A stretch of DNA of 64,000 nt, taken from positions 15,847,101 through 15,911,100 of the forward strand of contig NC_134025.1 of assembly GCF_964204645.1 (NCBI RefSeq), in the 5' to 3' direction. The notes beneath the pieces were generated by a model. The model searched no databases, had not been told where the DNA came from, and saw only the letters and a program-made list of their open reading frames with translations. The first letter of the stretch is position 1. Every line of letters begins with the position of its first letter. Positions 1-11,715 of the stretch are shown here, one piece after another. The stretch is from Tubulanus polymorphus. Taxonomy: Eukaryota; Animalia; Nemertea. The position numbers and the translations under genes were made by a program.

Positions 1-295
1 TAACTTCTAAAACTAATAAACCTGAATCAAATAAAGTTCCAATTGAAAAACTTTCTCAAAATGGATTATTTGATGCAACAAATCAAGAATTAGAAGATTT
101 AGATATAATTTCTGGTAAAGCAATTAGAGAAATAAAAAGAATAGGAAATTGAAGCTGATAAAATTGCACTTAATGAAATAATTAGAGATCATAAAACTAA
201 AACTTTAGAAGATGAATTATCTAAATTTAATCATGAATTATAACAATTAAAATTAGATAGAGATATCAAAGTAATTAATGAATCTCAATAAGAAT
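1..295 (+). pseudogene. Relic of the Polinton-like coiled-coil/membrane protein gene from a third, diverged copy
   Basis: Translation with stops and a frameshift gives NGLFDATNQELEDLDIISGKAIREIK..EADKIALNEIIRDHKTKTLEDEL..QLKLDRDIKVI, which aligns by eye to KGLLKLTDDELEAFPEQSRREIKGIQESADKIVRYKSIRDFKIGTLEKEL..QLKSDLDHKVI of ORF 25542-26309. Confidence 0.75.
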
Positions 296-321
296 TTCTG
301 TGAAGAAACAGAAAACCCTAA

Positions 322-660
322 TGAATCATTGAACACAGCGCACACTATAAATCGTTGTGTCATATGCCTTGAGTATCAGTCTTCGCGCTAGAAATGATGA
401 TATAAACCTATTCAATTGTGCACCAATTTTGTTTGTGAAGTAACGCGCACCAGCTGATCCGGGTTCAACACAAAGCGTCGATCTTGGCGATATCAAGTTC
501 TTCCGACGCAAAATAGCATTGAATTTTCACATGTGTAATATTGGACAGTTAAAGATGCTGCATAAAAACGTGCTCAGACAAATCGAATTTTTGAAACGTT
601 TGGTAAATTTCTAAAAAAATATGAACCCCACGGCTTTTAACTCTGCGCTCCATAAAGAAA
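322..660 (+). repeat. Dispersed repeat; second copy at ~2923-3335
   Basis: Shared blocks atgaatcattgaacaca...cgcgctagaaatgatga...tagcattgaattttcacatgtgt...gcgctccataaagaa. Confidence 0.75.
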
Positions 661-1269
661 AACCAATTACGAAATAAATTTTTGCTTTATCCGTTCAATT
701 CGCCTATTAGTAGTGAAATTACAGGCTACTGAAATTACGTTTGAGTGTCCTAAAAATAACTTTTAGCGTAGTGTATTAAGCATACGAATGAGCCAATTAT
801 CACCGACCTTTCATGGGGAATATGTGAGCAAGCAGCGAATGAGTGTATGATAGGTTGTGAATTTTTGGAGAGACATCCAACTTAAATTAAGTGTTGATAC
901 TCGGAGAAACCACCAAGGTAATTTTTGTCTTTATTGCATTTAGAACAGATTAGAACCTTAAAGAGTGACAACTTGACCCGTAAACTCTGACATACAACAT
1001 ATTTTCTGATCCACAATTAGAGTAATCAAGTTTCTTTCCAGGGATACCATAGCAATGGAGATATTCTTTCAAATCATTAGGTTATAGGTAATCTTGATAT
1101 TGTTGTTAGTATCTAAGTACCTTTATAGGAGATTTTGGCTCATCTGCACTGTGATGTACACTAAGGTTATGGGTCTTGACAGCGAAAGAAGTTTCTCCGC
1201 CATTCTCATGCTCTGCATTTAATGAGTCAGAAGTCTTCATTCTTGGCCTAAAGAAAAGATAACAATTAT

Positions 1270-2260
1270 GAAATATAGCTGCAAAGCAGCGATAACGGGT
1301 TTCTGCATTGTTGGATTAAATGTAGTACAAGGAGGCTTGCAGATGATTTCACTGAAATCAGTTCATAACGTACCGCAATTTTGAAGGAGCGTGAGCTAGG
1401 GGTCAGCACGGCATGGATACGTTGACCAACGTGGCTAAGTGCAAAGTACTAATTTACCAGGTTTAGGGAAAATAACTTCGAAAATAACTGAGATACGGCG
1501 TTTTTACCATTCCCCAGTGGCAGTTGCATAAACTTATTTAGCTGGTTAGCATACTATTCATATGTATATGTACTCACACCAGGTTTTGTGATATTGATAA
1601 TAAAATGGCTGAATTACACGCGAAAAACTGAAGCTAGTACGAGTTTCGAAAATCAACGCCCCCTAGTAGTTAGAATAGGAACTAATTATGTGAGGGGTTC
1701 GTTGTATCTTATATCCAGGTACACGAGTGTGAATTTTCATAAGAATCCCTTCATTCGCCTAGTAGATATCAATGAAAATGAATTTCCAGCAACTTGTAGG
1801 TGGCGCTACTGGAGAACCATATGAGTTACCTACTAAAACCATACATCAATACAAGTGTCTTGTAAAGAAAGGGCTACTAACCACCATTGCAACCACGACT
1901 ATATCGCCAATGGTTAAGAACCTAGGAGCAAAAATCTGTGTTTTTGCAGTCCCCGGATGGCAGTTGTATGAACTAATCATGCAGGTTGGCATATTACACA
2001 AATGTCTATGCACTTATACCAAGTTTTGTGATTTGCATAATAATCAAACCACATTACATGCAAAAAAATGGATGCTGAAATGAGTTTTCAACATTTACGC
2101 CCCCTAATGGTTAAAATAGGAACTCATTATGTAAGGGGTTCGTTGTATTGAGTAAACAGGTACATGTGTATCAATGTTTATAGAAATCAATATACAAGCT
2201 TAGCCGATGTAAATGACCAATGGTCCAGTGCCTCGCCAAACTGGTGTGAAGTAAAGAATA
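1270..2260 (+). repeat. Non-autonomous interspersed repeat family (Helentron/HINE-like, tentative); related pieces at ~4697-4970, 6014-6052, 35440-35473 (minus) and 35750-35990
   Basis: Recurrent start aaatatagctgcaaagcagcgataacgggttt and recurrent core tggcgctactgga..aaaccatacatcaatacaag.gtcttgt..gggctact..tgcaaccacga. Confidence 0.55.
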
Positions 2261-5200
2261 TGTCACGTAGGCTACCGGTAAGCAACAAATCATTTCATTG
2301 AAAATTAAACAAGAATCAAATATATAAAAAAGAACTCAATTTTTGTCAGTGGGAACTTTTAATTGTAACTGACTTTTAACGAGAATGAAATCGTCGAAAA
2401 ATTGATTATAGGCCATTTGTCTGAACAAATGTTCATAATTGTAATACATCCCTTGAATGATATAAAACAACTGAAACTACGAGTGCCCGATAAGATACGG
2501 TTGGTACAAACTTGGTGAGAGCCTGGGTTTCATCGGAGGTTTCTTCATTTTTATCATACGGATCCATCAGGACAGAAGTTCTTCAAATTTGAGGCCAGTC
2601 AGTACCGGTTACTGACGAAACAAAGTTTATCGACTGACATGATCTTTAATAATTTCACGATAGGATTGCTTTAAGTAGCTTGCATCTTCACTCAGACAAA
2701 TCGGATCGCTAATGCGAACGTTAATAAAATGACTTTAATCAATTAATGATGATAAAACAAGTATTCCAGTCGTGTAAATATCAGACTCATCTCTAAAAAT
2801 TCGATGCTATCAGTAAATCAGCCGTGTGGCGAACACGGAAGTAAATTTCCGCATTTTGAAACCACATTTTCGTCAGATATCTTGATGCAACGTTACCTTA
2901 TGCACGGGATATCAAAACTAGATGAATCATTGAACACATCACAGACAATAAATCGTCATATCATACGCTTGAATATCAGTATTCGCGCTAGAAATGATGA
3001 ATATCAACCTATTCAATCGTGCCGACAATAACGCGCACCAGCTGATCCACCTCGTTCAATGTTATGACGTCATGATGGAAGTCAAAACCGGGTCAACACA
3101 AATATTATAGAACCAAGATTTTGAGGGGTTACGTCTTTAGAAGCCCATAACTCGGATCTTGGCAATATCAAGATCTTCCGACGCAAATAGCATTGAATTT
3201 TCACATGTGTTATTTTGGACAGTTAAAGATGCTGCATAAAAAACGTGCTCAAATAAATCGAATTTTTGAAACTTTTTGGTAAATTTCTCAACAAATGTGA
3301 AACCGACGGCTTTCAACTATGCGCTCCATAAAGAACAAGAAAATTAATTTTAATAAATTATTTGACGCCTGCGAAAAAATGTAGAATTTCTCGGATAAGC
3401 TAATGTGGAAATGCAAATTTGAAATCGAAGTTTTAAGAAATTTGGGGAATTATGAGTTTTGGCGATTGGGTAGATGATACAGGTCTTCGATTCTAGAAGT
3501 GGTTTAATTTTTTTATTGAAAATTGTCAATAATTGATAACTTGCGACCGACTTCATTTACTTTGCCTCTAAGCTAGTCTGCAACTTCATTGTCTCCATGG
3601 TTGAAGAAGGAGCTCTTCTGATGTCTGCTTCATCATGACTTCGAGCATATCGTGTGGCCTAGCCAGCCGGTCCGGTCCCCGGGCCATGGGTTTGGCTGTC
3701 ACTCGATATCCTAGTCTTGAGTCTGGGTTGAAGTAGACATTGTCATTTAAAATAACTTGTTTATGTTATTCTGTATGAATTACCCGTGTGTCTTGTATGT
3801 TGTATTTTCTTATTTTAAAATTAGTATTTATTGAATTTGGGAATTTTATCCCGGAATTTTAATGTAATAAGGATCAATAAAGAATTGAATTGAATTTTCA
3901 CCTATACACATGCCATCAGAGGACGCGGAGCCGTATATAACAGCTATGCTATTATAAATTGCTAATCTCATGAAACCTGCATATCCCTAATATCAAACAT
4001 ATTTTCTAAAACATTTTAATATTGAAATTATATGTTTACAAATTTTCATATTGACCGCTTGTAGCCGCTGATGAAATTCACACCAGCCCTACACACATCG
4101 TAGATAGCTTCGTCATTCCACCAGCATCCACACGTCAGGGTCTGACTTAAATATCAGACTTCCAAATCGTGTATACATCCGCCATTTAACCGAATAGTCC
4201 GATTTACTTATCATTTCTATTTATGCCTGCCACTTCTGATATAATCATACATCCGTTACTATTACAATACGTCTTCTAACTATATTCAATGCAATATAAC
4301 ATTTCGACGTTCAAATATAGGTCATTATATAATCATAGGAAGCCATTCTACATCTTTGTCAATAATATTTTGCCAAATACTTTGTATGTGTACACATAGA
4401 ACTGTGACGTTTTGAACATCGATTTTCGTTTGTAAAATGACGCTGAATGGTTAACATTGCTTAGGTTTCATAATGGTAACGTTTTATAAGGCGTCAAAAA
4501 CCAATTACGAATTATATTTTTGCTTCATCCGTTCAACTCGCCCATTAGTAGTGAAATTACAGGCTATTGAAATTGCGTTGGAGTGTGCTAAAATAGCTTC
4601 AAGTGTAGTGTATTTAGCATACGAATGATTATCGATCGGCCAGATCGTTGACATAGGCTTGCTAACGCGAGCCAAAAAAGCATCCAGCATTTTATAGGTG
4701 GCGCTACTGGAAAACCATAGAAGTTACCTGGTTAAACCATACATCAATACAAGCGTCTTGTCAAGGGCTACTGACCACACGTTGCAACCACGATTCTTCT
4801 CCAACGGTTAAGGAGCAAGGAGCAAAAATCTCATCAAAAAAATTTGGGGGCCCATTTAAGAGCCCCTAGAGCCCAAACGGCTAATCGCAGATAGGGCGTA
4901 CCATTGACTTGTTTAACCTCCGGGTTGTCATGAACAACTTTTGCGCTCGCCCGAAGCTAAAAAGTCAAACACAAAAATTTTCCTCACACAGTACATTTTT
5001 GATGTCAGAATTTTTAAAAGTAAAACACCCCCTGGTGGGTGAACGGGGTCCCCAATCAAAAATCCAAGACACTCTCCTCAAGGTACATGCATTTGGTACA
5101 TCTCACCTAAGTTTAAAGATAATCCGTCAAGGAATATTGTAATCCTAGCAGAATATAGCAATCCAGGCTCTCGCGAATGGATAGCTGCATTCATTATTAG

Positions 5201-5619
5201 CTCTATTCACGGAAGATACTGCAAGGATGCTATTATTTTAAAAAAATTCCTCAGTAGTATTCACTCGCTGACTGACCTCATTCATTCGTCGACACATATA
5301 CGGTACAAGAGATAAAAAACCACTACTGCTTACATGTATCACAGATCTAGAACACACTATCAATGCATATAGGGACACGGACGCAAGCACACTATCTGTC
5401 GACGCGGTGTGGGAATGACACGTAGACAATACACATACGTATATGGATACTGTTTGAATCGGGCTTAAATTTCGATTTTTAGAGGCTCCGAGTGAGTAAG
5501 CAGTGGAATTCTGATTAATATTGCGTAAATTATTTGTAAATGCAGCGTAGTACTTGTGATAGAGAATGGTAAGTTGCAGTAGTTTATAGCCTTTCAGTAA
5601 GATCCAGTGTGAAAAAGAA

Positions 5620-5654
<35 letters not shown>

Positions 5655-5680
5655 TAATAATAATAATACTAACAATAATA
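5620..5680. repeat. (AAT)n microsatellite
   Basis: Directly visible aataataat run. Confidence 0.95.
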
Positions 5681-5790
5681 CTAGGGATACATTCTAGGGT
5701 CCACATCCAAAATTTCGTTGGGTACAGGTAGGCGCGGCATGGAAGCTTTATATATTCAAAGAATTATTTTTCATAATATGAAAAAATATT

Positions 5791-6010
5791 AGTAATAGGG
5801 ATAATAGGCTTTCAAGCCAAAGGTCGAGAGGTCGAGAAATTTTCCAAATATAAAAAAATAGCAATAATTTCTAGTTGAATTAGTCGCGCACACTCCTAAT
5901 TCAACTAGAAATTATTATTATTTTCACATTTGTAAAATTTCTCAACATCTCAACCTTTAACTTGAAAGCCCTATTACTCATAAAATATTTATATACATGA
6001 ATAAAATATA
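5791..6010 (+). repeat. Hairpin terminus of a Polinton-like element; inverted counterpart of 35020-35217
   Basis: AGTAATAGGG...CCCTATTACT palindrome 5791-5978 with loop TCGCGCACACTC (5884-5895). The sequence after it (taaaatatttatatacatgaataa) matches the reverse complement of 35022-35048. Confidence 0.7.
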
Positions 6011-7448
6011 TATGAAATATAGCTGCCAAGCAGTGATGACGGGTTTTCTGCAAAGCCATTCAGAATGATGGGAATTGTAATCAATTGAAATACCGATACA
6101 TAAAATAAAATGCATTGACAGATTCGAACCTAATATGCAAACACTGTGTTAACGTCAAATATGATTCAGCTTTGAAACCGAACATACGCGGACATACAAT
6201 CAACAAATATGAATTTATTTGACCAGGCATTTATTTTGGCATTCAAACATCATGATACTGTATTATCACCATGCTTAGAAATGGATCTGTCCTATTAAGA
6301 ACTCATCTTAAGCACCTGCTGAGTCGATAGATTGAATGAATTTACAGATAAGAACGTATTATGATTTAGAATAGATTTAAGAAGTTAATGTTTTTATTGA
6401 AATATTTTTATACATATATAGTAGTGTAGATTCAATCAATAAATTATGAATTGATTTGGTCTGGGTTTCCGGCTGATGTTGATTTTGGCTTTTATGGATT
6501 ACAAATTCTATAGTGATAAAGAATTGAAACCTGCAACATGTGTGTAAATCAAACCTATTCCACTAGTTGCGTGTGTTTCCTAATAAACGGGAAAGTCACT
6601 CTTGATCTGAGTTATAAGAAAAATAATGTTCATTTAGTTATAGAAATTCATTGCCTTTTTGGAAATTCTGTAATAATATTTGTTCTGTCCTAATTTTTAT
6701 TACTGTATGAACGAATGATATGCTTTGTAAATATGATTTAATAAAATAAATTTGAATTTGAATTAAATTTGAACATGAGAATCAAGCATAACTTGTGTTT
6801 TTTCGACTTGTCTTTTGTTCCAGAGTTTCAATTACAATCAAATCCAAATTGGCTAAAAAGTACATAGGACTAAATGAAATGAACCGTTAGTTACTGCAAA
6901 CCTATTCCAGTGTTATGTCGTTCGTGTTGAATCACTCTCCTTGAGTTGAAAGAATCAGATCTTCTATGGTGCAACATCGGTCGAAGAGAGATATCTTGGT
7001 GTTGACTGTCCTTGACCATCTAACTGCATGCATTCGACATTGGAATCAGCATCATACTCATTTGAACTGCAAAATATTCATGCAAAATGAAAACCTACCG
7101 TACATGTATACAGTAATCAAACTTTCACCGATGTTGGATATTTGAATGAACGTTGGGCTTATTTCAGTATTCTAAAGCAGGGAATAATAAGCCGAATCAA
7201 TAGGCCCTATTCCCATTGGAACAATTGTATAATGCGTACGCTATACTGTACACTTATCAGTCAAGAATGGAGAAATCGGTATACCAAACCTACGAACAGC
7301 AAAATGTACAGGCCTACAATGATTTCTGGTATACAAGCCGTGACCACATTGACTATTAATGTCAGCAGGTCAGAGAAGGCCTAGCCAAATTTAATCACAT
7401 GGCTCAAATCAATTAGCCTTTCTGCGTGTGAATACTTCACTGTATTGT

Positions 7449-7611
7449 GGGATCATTCATTTATTACGTACGCATTAGGGGAGGGGGAGGGGTCAGGGCA
7501 ATTACGTACTGTAATGCTTAATGTACATGAAAAAATTGCAGATTTTGCGTACAGGGGGAGAGGGGGTTGAAATAATCAAATTTTATGCGTACGTAATAAA
7601 TGAATGATCCC
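7449..7611. mobile_element. MITE, PIF/Harbinger-like
   Basis: 26-bp perfect TIR GGGATCATTCATTTATTACGTACGCA / TGCGTACGTAATAAATGAATGATCCC; 3-bp TSD TGT on both sides. Confidence 0.85.
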
Positions 7612-7756
7612 TGTTTTAAAAATAGGCCTATCGAGTGAATTAGTACATAGACTGAATTAGACTTTAGGCTAGTCCTGGCCAAATCCTATCCATGTTATAA
7701 TTGCACCAGTTATAGTAACATCACTGTAGGGCCGACGAGAGGGAAAAGTTGTGTTT

Positions 7757-9020
7757 GTAGTACATAGGCATGGTAGGCTTGTCATACTCACTTAATACTT
7801 AAAACGCTGTTGTTACCTGTACGTGACTGTAAGGTGATTTCTACAGGTTAGCCGTATGTGAGTATGTTGACGCTCAGACTTGTAATATTGGGATTCGAAA
7901 CAAAACGAAAAAAAATCCAGTTGTAGTCGAGTGATTTATCCACTGTGCCACAGAACGTAACTGCAGGGTGGATGAAATTTGATTTACAAATAGCCTAGCC
8001 TCACCTAACCCAAACTCTATTCTTTCACGCATGCACGTTTGCAGATTATAGGAACTCACTTACGGCCTTTTTAGGGAACTCACGTACGGTTAACATGTGG
8101 ATATCACCGTACAGTCACTGGCACGTACGGGTAACAACTTCGTACTTAAAAAATGGTATTGGCTACTAGGAACTCACGTACGGTGTTAGTAGGGAACTCA
8201 CGTACGGTTAACCTGTGGAGATCATCATACAGTCACGTACGAGTAACAACTACGTACTTACTGGTATTGGCTACTTTATAATAGGCCTATATAGACAAAT
8301 AAATACCGGTACTGCGGTAGGCTTTCTTAGCTTCCACACTTCACAACCGAACCAACTGACCAACCAGTATATTTATTCCCATAGTACATAGGCATGGTAG
8401 GCTTGTCATACTCACTTAATACTTAAAACGCTGTTGTTACCTGTACGTTACTGTACGGTGATTTCTACAGATTAGCCGTATGTGAGTACGTTGACGCTCA
8501 GACTTGCAATATTGGGATTCGAAACCAAACGAGAAAAAAAATCCAGTAGTAGTCCAGTGATTTACCCACTGTGCCACAGAACGTAACTGCAGGGTGGTTT
8601 GATTTACAAATAGCCTAGCCTCACCTAACCCAAACTCTATTCTTTTACGCATGCGCGTTTGCAGATTATAGGAACTCACGTACATCGTTTTTAGGGAACT
8701 CATGTACGGCGTTAGTAGGAAACTCACGTACGGTTAACCTGTGGAGATCACCGTACAGTCACCTACGGGTAACAACTTCGTACTTAAAATGGTATTGGCT
8801 ACTAGGAACTCACGTGTACGGCGTTAGTAGGGAACTCACATACGCGGTTAACCTGTGGAGATCACCGTACAGTCACGTACGGTTAAGAACTACGTACTTA
8901 AAATGGTATTGGCTACTATATAATAGGCCTATAGACAAATAAATACCGGTAGGCTTTCTAATTTCTTAGCTTCCACACTTCACAACCGAACCAACTGACC
9001 AACCAGTATATTTAGTCCCA
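7757..9020. repeat. Tandem duplication of a ~620-bp unit containing a foldback/MITE-like element
   Basis: Units start tagtacataggcatggtaggcttgtcatactc at ~7758 and ~8383. Each has ~55-bp inverted arms (ttgttacctgtacgt..gtgagt / actcacgtacgg..gtaacaa) and repeated gggaactcacgtacgg. Confidence 0.8.
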
Positions 9021-10563
9021 GTAGTGAGTACACACCAACCGGCACAGGCCTAACACTGTTTGTCAACTGTGTGTACCGTAGTAGGCTATCGATAATCACC
9101 TGATACTTTTCTGTCGTTTGTTTTCTCTCTGAGACGAACGTAATTCTAGCAGCCCTCCGCGACTCAACGACCTTGATTTAAACTTGATCAATTCAAAATC
9201 TGTTTATTGACGCTTTTGGTTACATGAACTGATCAGCAATATACTTAAATGAAATAACCGGAATAACAAGAAATCAAAAATATTAAAGTGGTAACAAACA
9301 AATGCCCGTAAACCTGTCAGACACGCGAACGCCGGACTCGTAAACTCTTGGACTCGGACCCGCTGAGCAATAAATTCATAAAATTGACTTTGAAATTGAT
9401 TGTGGAGAAGAGAGGGAATAATTCGATAGCTCTTCCTCATGAAGAAGAGAGAAATTTCGGAAAGAAAACACAACATGGCTACTAATTGAACGGAGCCAAA
9501 TTTCCGATGTTCACGGCTCGACATAGTTAGTTACCTAATCGTTGGTGGTAAGCTTAAGCTTTTTTATAATCGGATGGGCTTATACCAACGTTAGGGATGA
9601 CAAGGACCAAAACGCGGTTGAAAAAAGTAACACTTCAAAAATATACTTTCTATTCACTTCAGTCCACAATTAATGGCTCAATTCACAAACTAACACAGGT
9701 ACCTTTCGAAATAATCCAATTTTATGTATGTTTCGAGTGATTAATCAACATTATTTTGAGAAATTAATTAATTTCTCCACAAATTTCGCCATTGGCCGCC
9801 ATTTCTCTGTATTGCACATGTGGCATGATAAGACAAGGGGACCTACAAGGATTTATATAAAACTTCCAAGACGAAACGACAATTTTTATTTTTGATGGTT
9901 TTCCAACTTTTATTTCAAATCTTCGTGTTTTCTATAACAAATAATGAAATAGTAAATTTCTGGTAAAGGAAAAATGGGAATAAGTGTTGATTTCTTAATT
10001 TTTTTTAATTTCGTCGTTTCGCTTCGTTAGTTTGTGCTGTTGTCCTGGCCTCAGTCCACAGGTGCCAGCACCTCCAGTAATTTTCAAAATGGCAGCTGTT
10101 GACTGGACGGAAATTTACTCTCACTTTACGGCCGATTTGCACATGGATTAAGATCGTTAGGTGAGGTGTTATAGGTATCAAACAAACTACGAATCTGTTG
10201 TGCGTCGATTACAACAAAAATTAGACAGATATCTTAAGAGACAATGAAATGCCAGGCAAATTACTCGTCAGTCAAATTGGCTGACGAAGATTTCATACAA
10301 AAATGACCTTCCCATTCCTGACTGTGGTTTGTGAAAATATCCGATCGTGAAACTAAACCACAGACAGGTTACTGACTAGGCTCGACAGTGCCTTTATAAC
10401 GTGGATTTATCAAAATTCCCATGCAGTATCTGGAGATTGAAGTGAGCTGAAGGATATGATACGGATTGTATCAGCGACATCGGTAAGGTAAGGAAGCCTT
10501 TACGCTTTTAACAAAAACTATGTGGAAAAGGGAAAAAAAAAATAATAATCACGCGAATTTCTA

Positions 10564-10595
10564 TAGGGTTTTCTGTGAAGCAACAGAAAACCCTA
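10564..10595 (+). repeat. Stem-loop end of a non-autonomous element (Helentron/HINE-like); partial copy at 294-321
   Basis: Perfect 13-bp stem TAGGGTTTTCTGT-gaagca-ACAGAAAACCCTA after an A-rich tract; it abuts the Polinton TIR fragment. Confidence 0.5.
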
Positions 10596-10775
10596 ATAAC
10601 ATATAAATTGATAGATTATTCAATATAAAAGTGTTAGTAAAGTGTGAGCTCTTATAAATAGATAGATAGATATATTTTAAACATATTTCAATATTTATAT
10701 TTGTATGAGTTAGATTTTTAAACATTATAAGTGTTAGTAAAGTGTGATTGAAATAATTCATATATATACACATGA
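10595..10775 (+). repeat. Left TIR fragment of element A
   Basis: aataacatataaattgatagattattcaatataaaagtgt..gagctcttata..tttgtatgagttagatttttaaaca..gtgtgattgaaataattca closely matches the reverse complement of 34862-35027. Confidence 0.85.
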
Positions 10776-10832
10776 ATCACATATAAATGAATAACTTATA
10801 AAATCAATTTAGTAAAAAAATATGTATAATAA

Positions 10833-11484
10833 ATGGAACCAGAACAACCACAAACTATCAATATTACAAATAACACTGCTGTCATAAATATATACTACAA
10901 GAAGTGTTCTAAATGTGAATTAGATAAATTAGCTACAACAGAATTTAATAAGCGTAAGATTAGCAAAGATGGTTTTCAATATTGCTGCAAAACTTGTAGT
11001 AAACTATATACCAAACAATATCGAGAAGATAATAGAGAAGCTTATAATGATTATATGACAGAATATATGAGAGGAAGATATCAAACAGATCTTAATTTTA
11101 GATTGAAACAATGTTTAAGATCTAGATTAACACAATTATTCAACAAAGAAACACATTCAGAAACACTATCTAATTTATTGGATTGTTCAGATGAATTCTA
11201 AAAATTATGGATTATATTTCAATTCGATGGTCGAATGAATATAGATAATTATGGTGAATACTTCCATATTGATCACGTGTTGCCGATTTCTAAATTTGAG
11301 TGATGATTATAATAAGAAGCTAATATGGAGCTGGAGAAATTCAAGACCTTTAGAAAAGAAGGAAAACATAATTAAATCTAATAAACTAGATTTACAGTTA
11401 TATTTAGATCAACTGGATAAAGCAAAGACATTTGTTGAATTATGGAATTCAACACATAATGAAAAATATGTTGAAGCATATTAA
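10833..11484 (+). pseudogene. Zn-finger plus HNH/endonuclease VII-like nuclease (NCLDV type)
   Basis: KKCSKC..CKTC Zn finger; FHIDHVLPISKF at ~11263; WRNSRPLEKKENIIKSNK HNH-like tail; stop at 11199 and frameshift ~11297. Confidence 0.7.
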
Positions 11485-11715
11485 GCGCTTAGAAAACCGG
11501 TTACTCTCGATCTATGTCAAACTACCTTCATGCAATTGTATTAGGTTATCTGTAGGTTGTTTACAAAAAACATCAGCCACATTTTATATTCAGTTGAATG
11601 GGGTGTACCTCATTTGAATATTGATCGAATGTGCTATTTCAGTTGAAAAGGATTAATCAATTACATCACAAAGGAACATCTGTTGCTCAGACAGTGTTTA
11701 GCTAGTGAATAACTG

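Noticed and set aside
5238-5675. 145-aa ORF with a signal-peptide-like poly-Leu
   Set aside because: The poly-Leu is the (AAT)n microsatellite read on the minus strand.
326-10560. Short ORFs as host genes
   Set aside because: They fall in repeats and show no recognisable domains or consistent exon structure.
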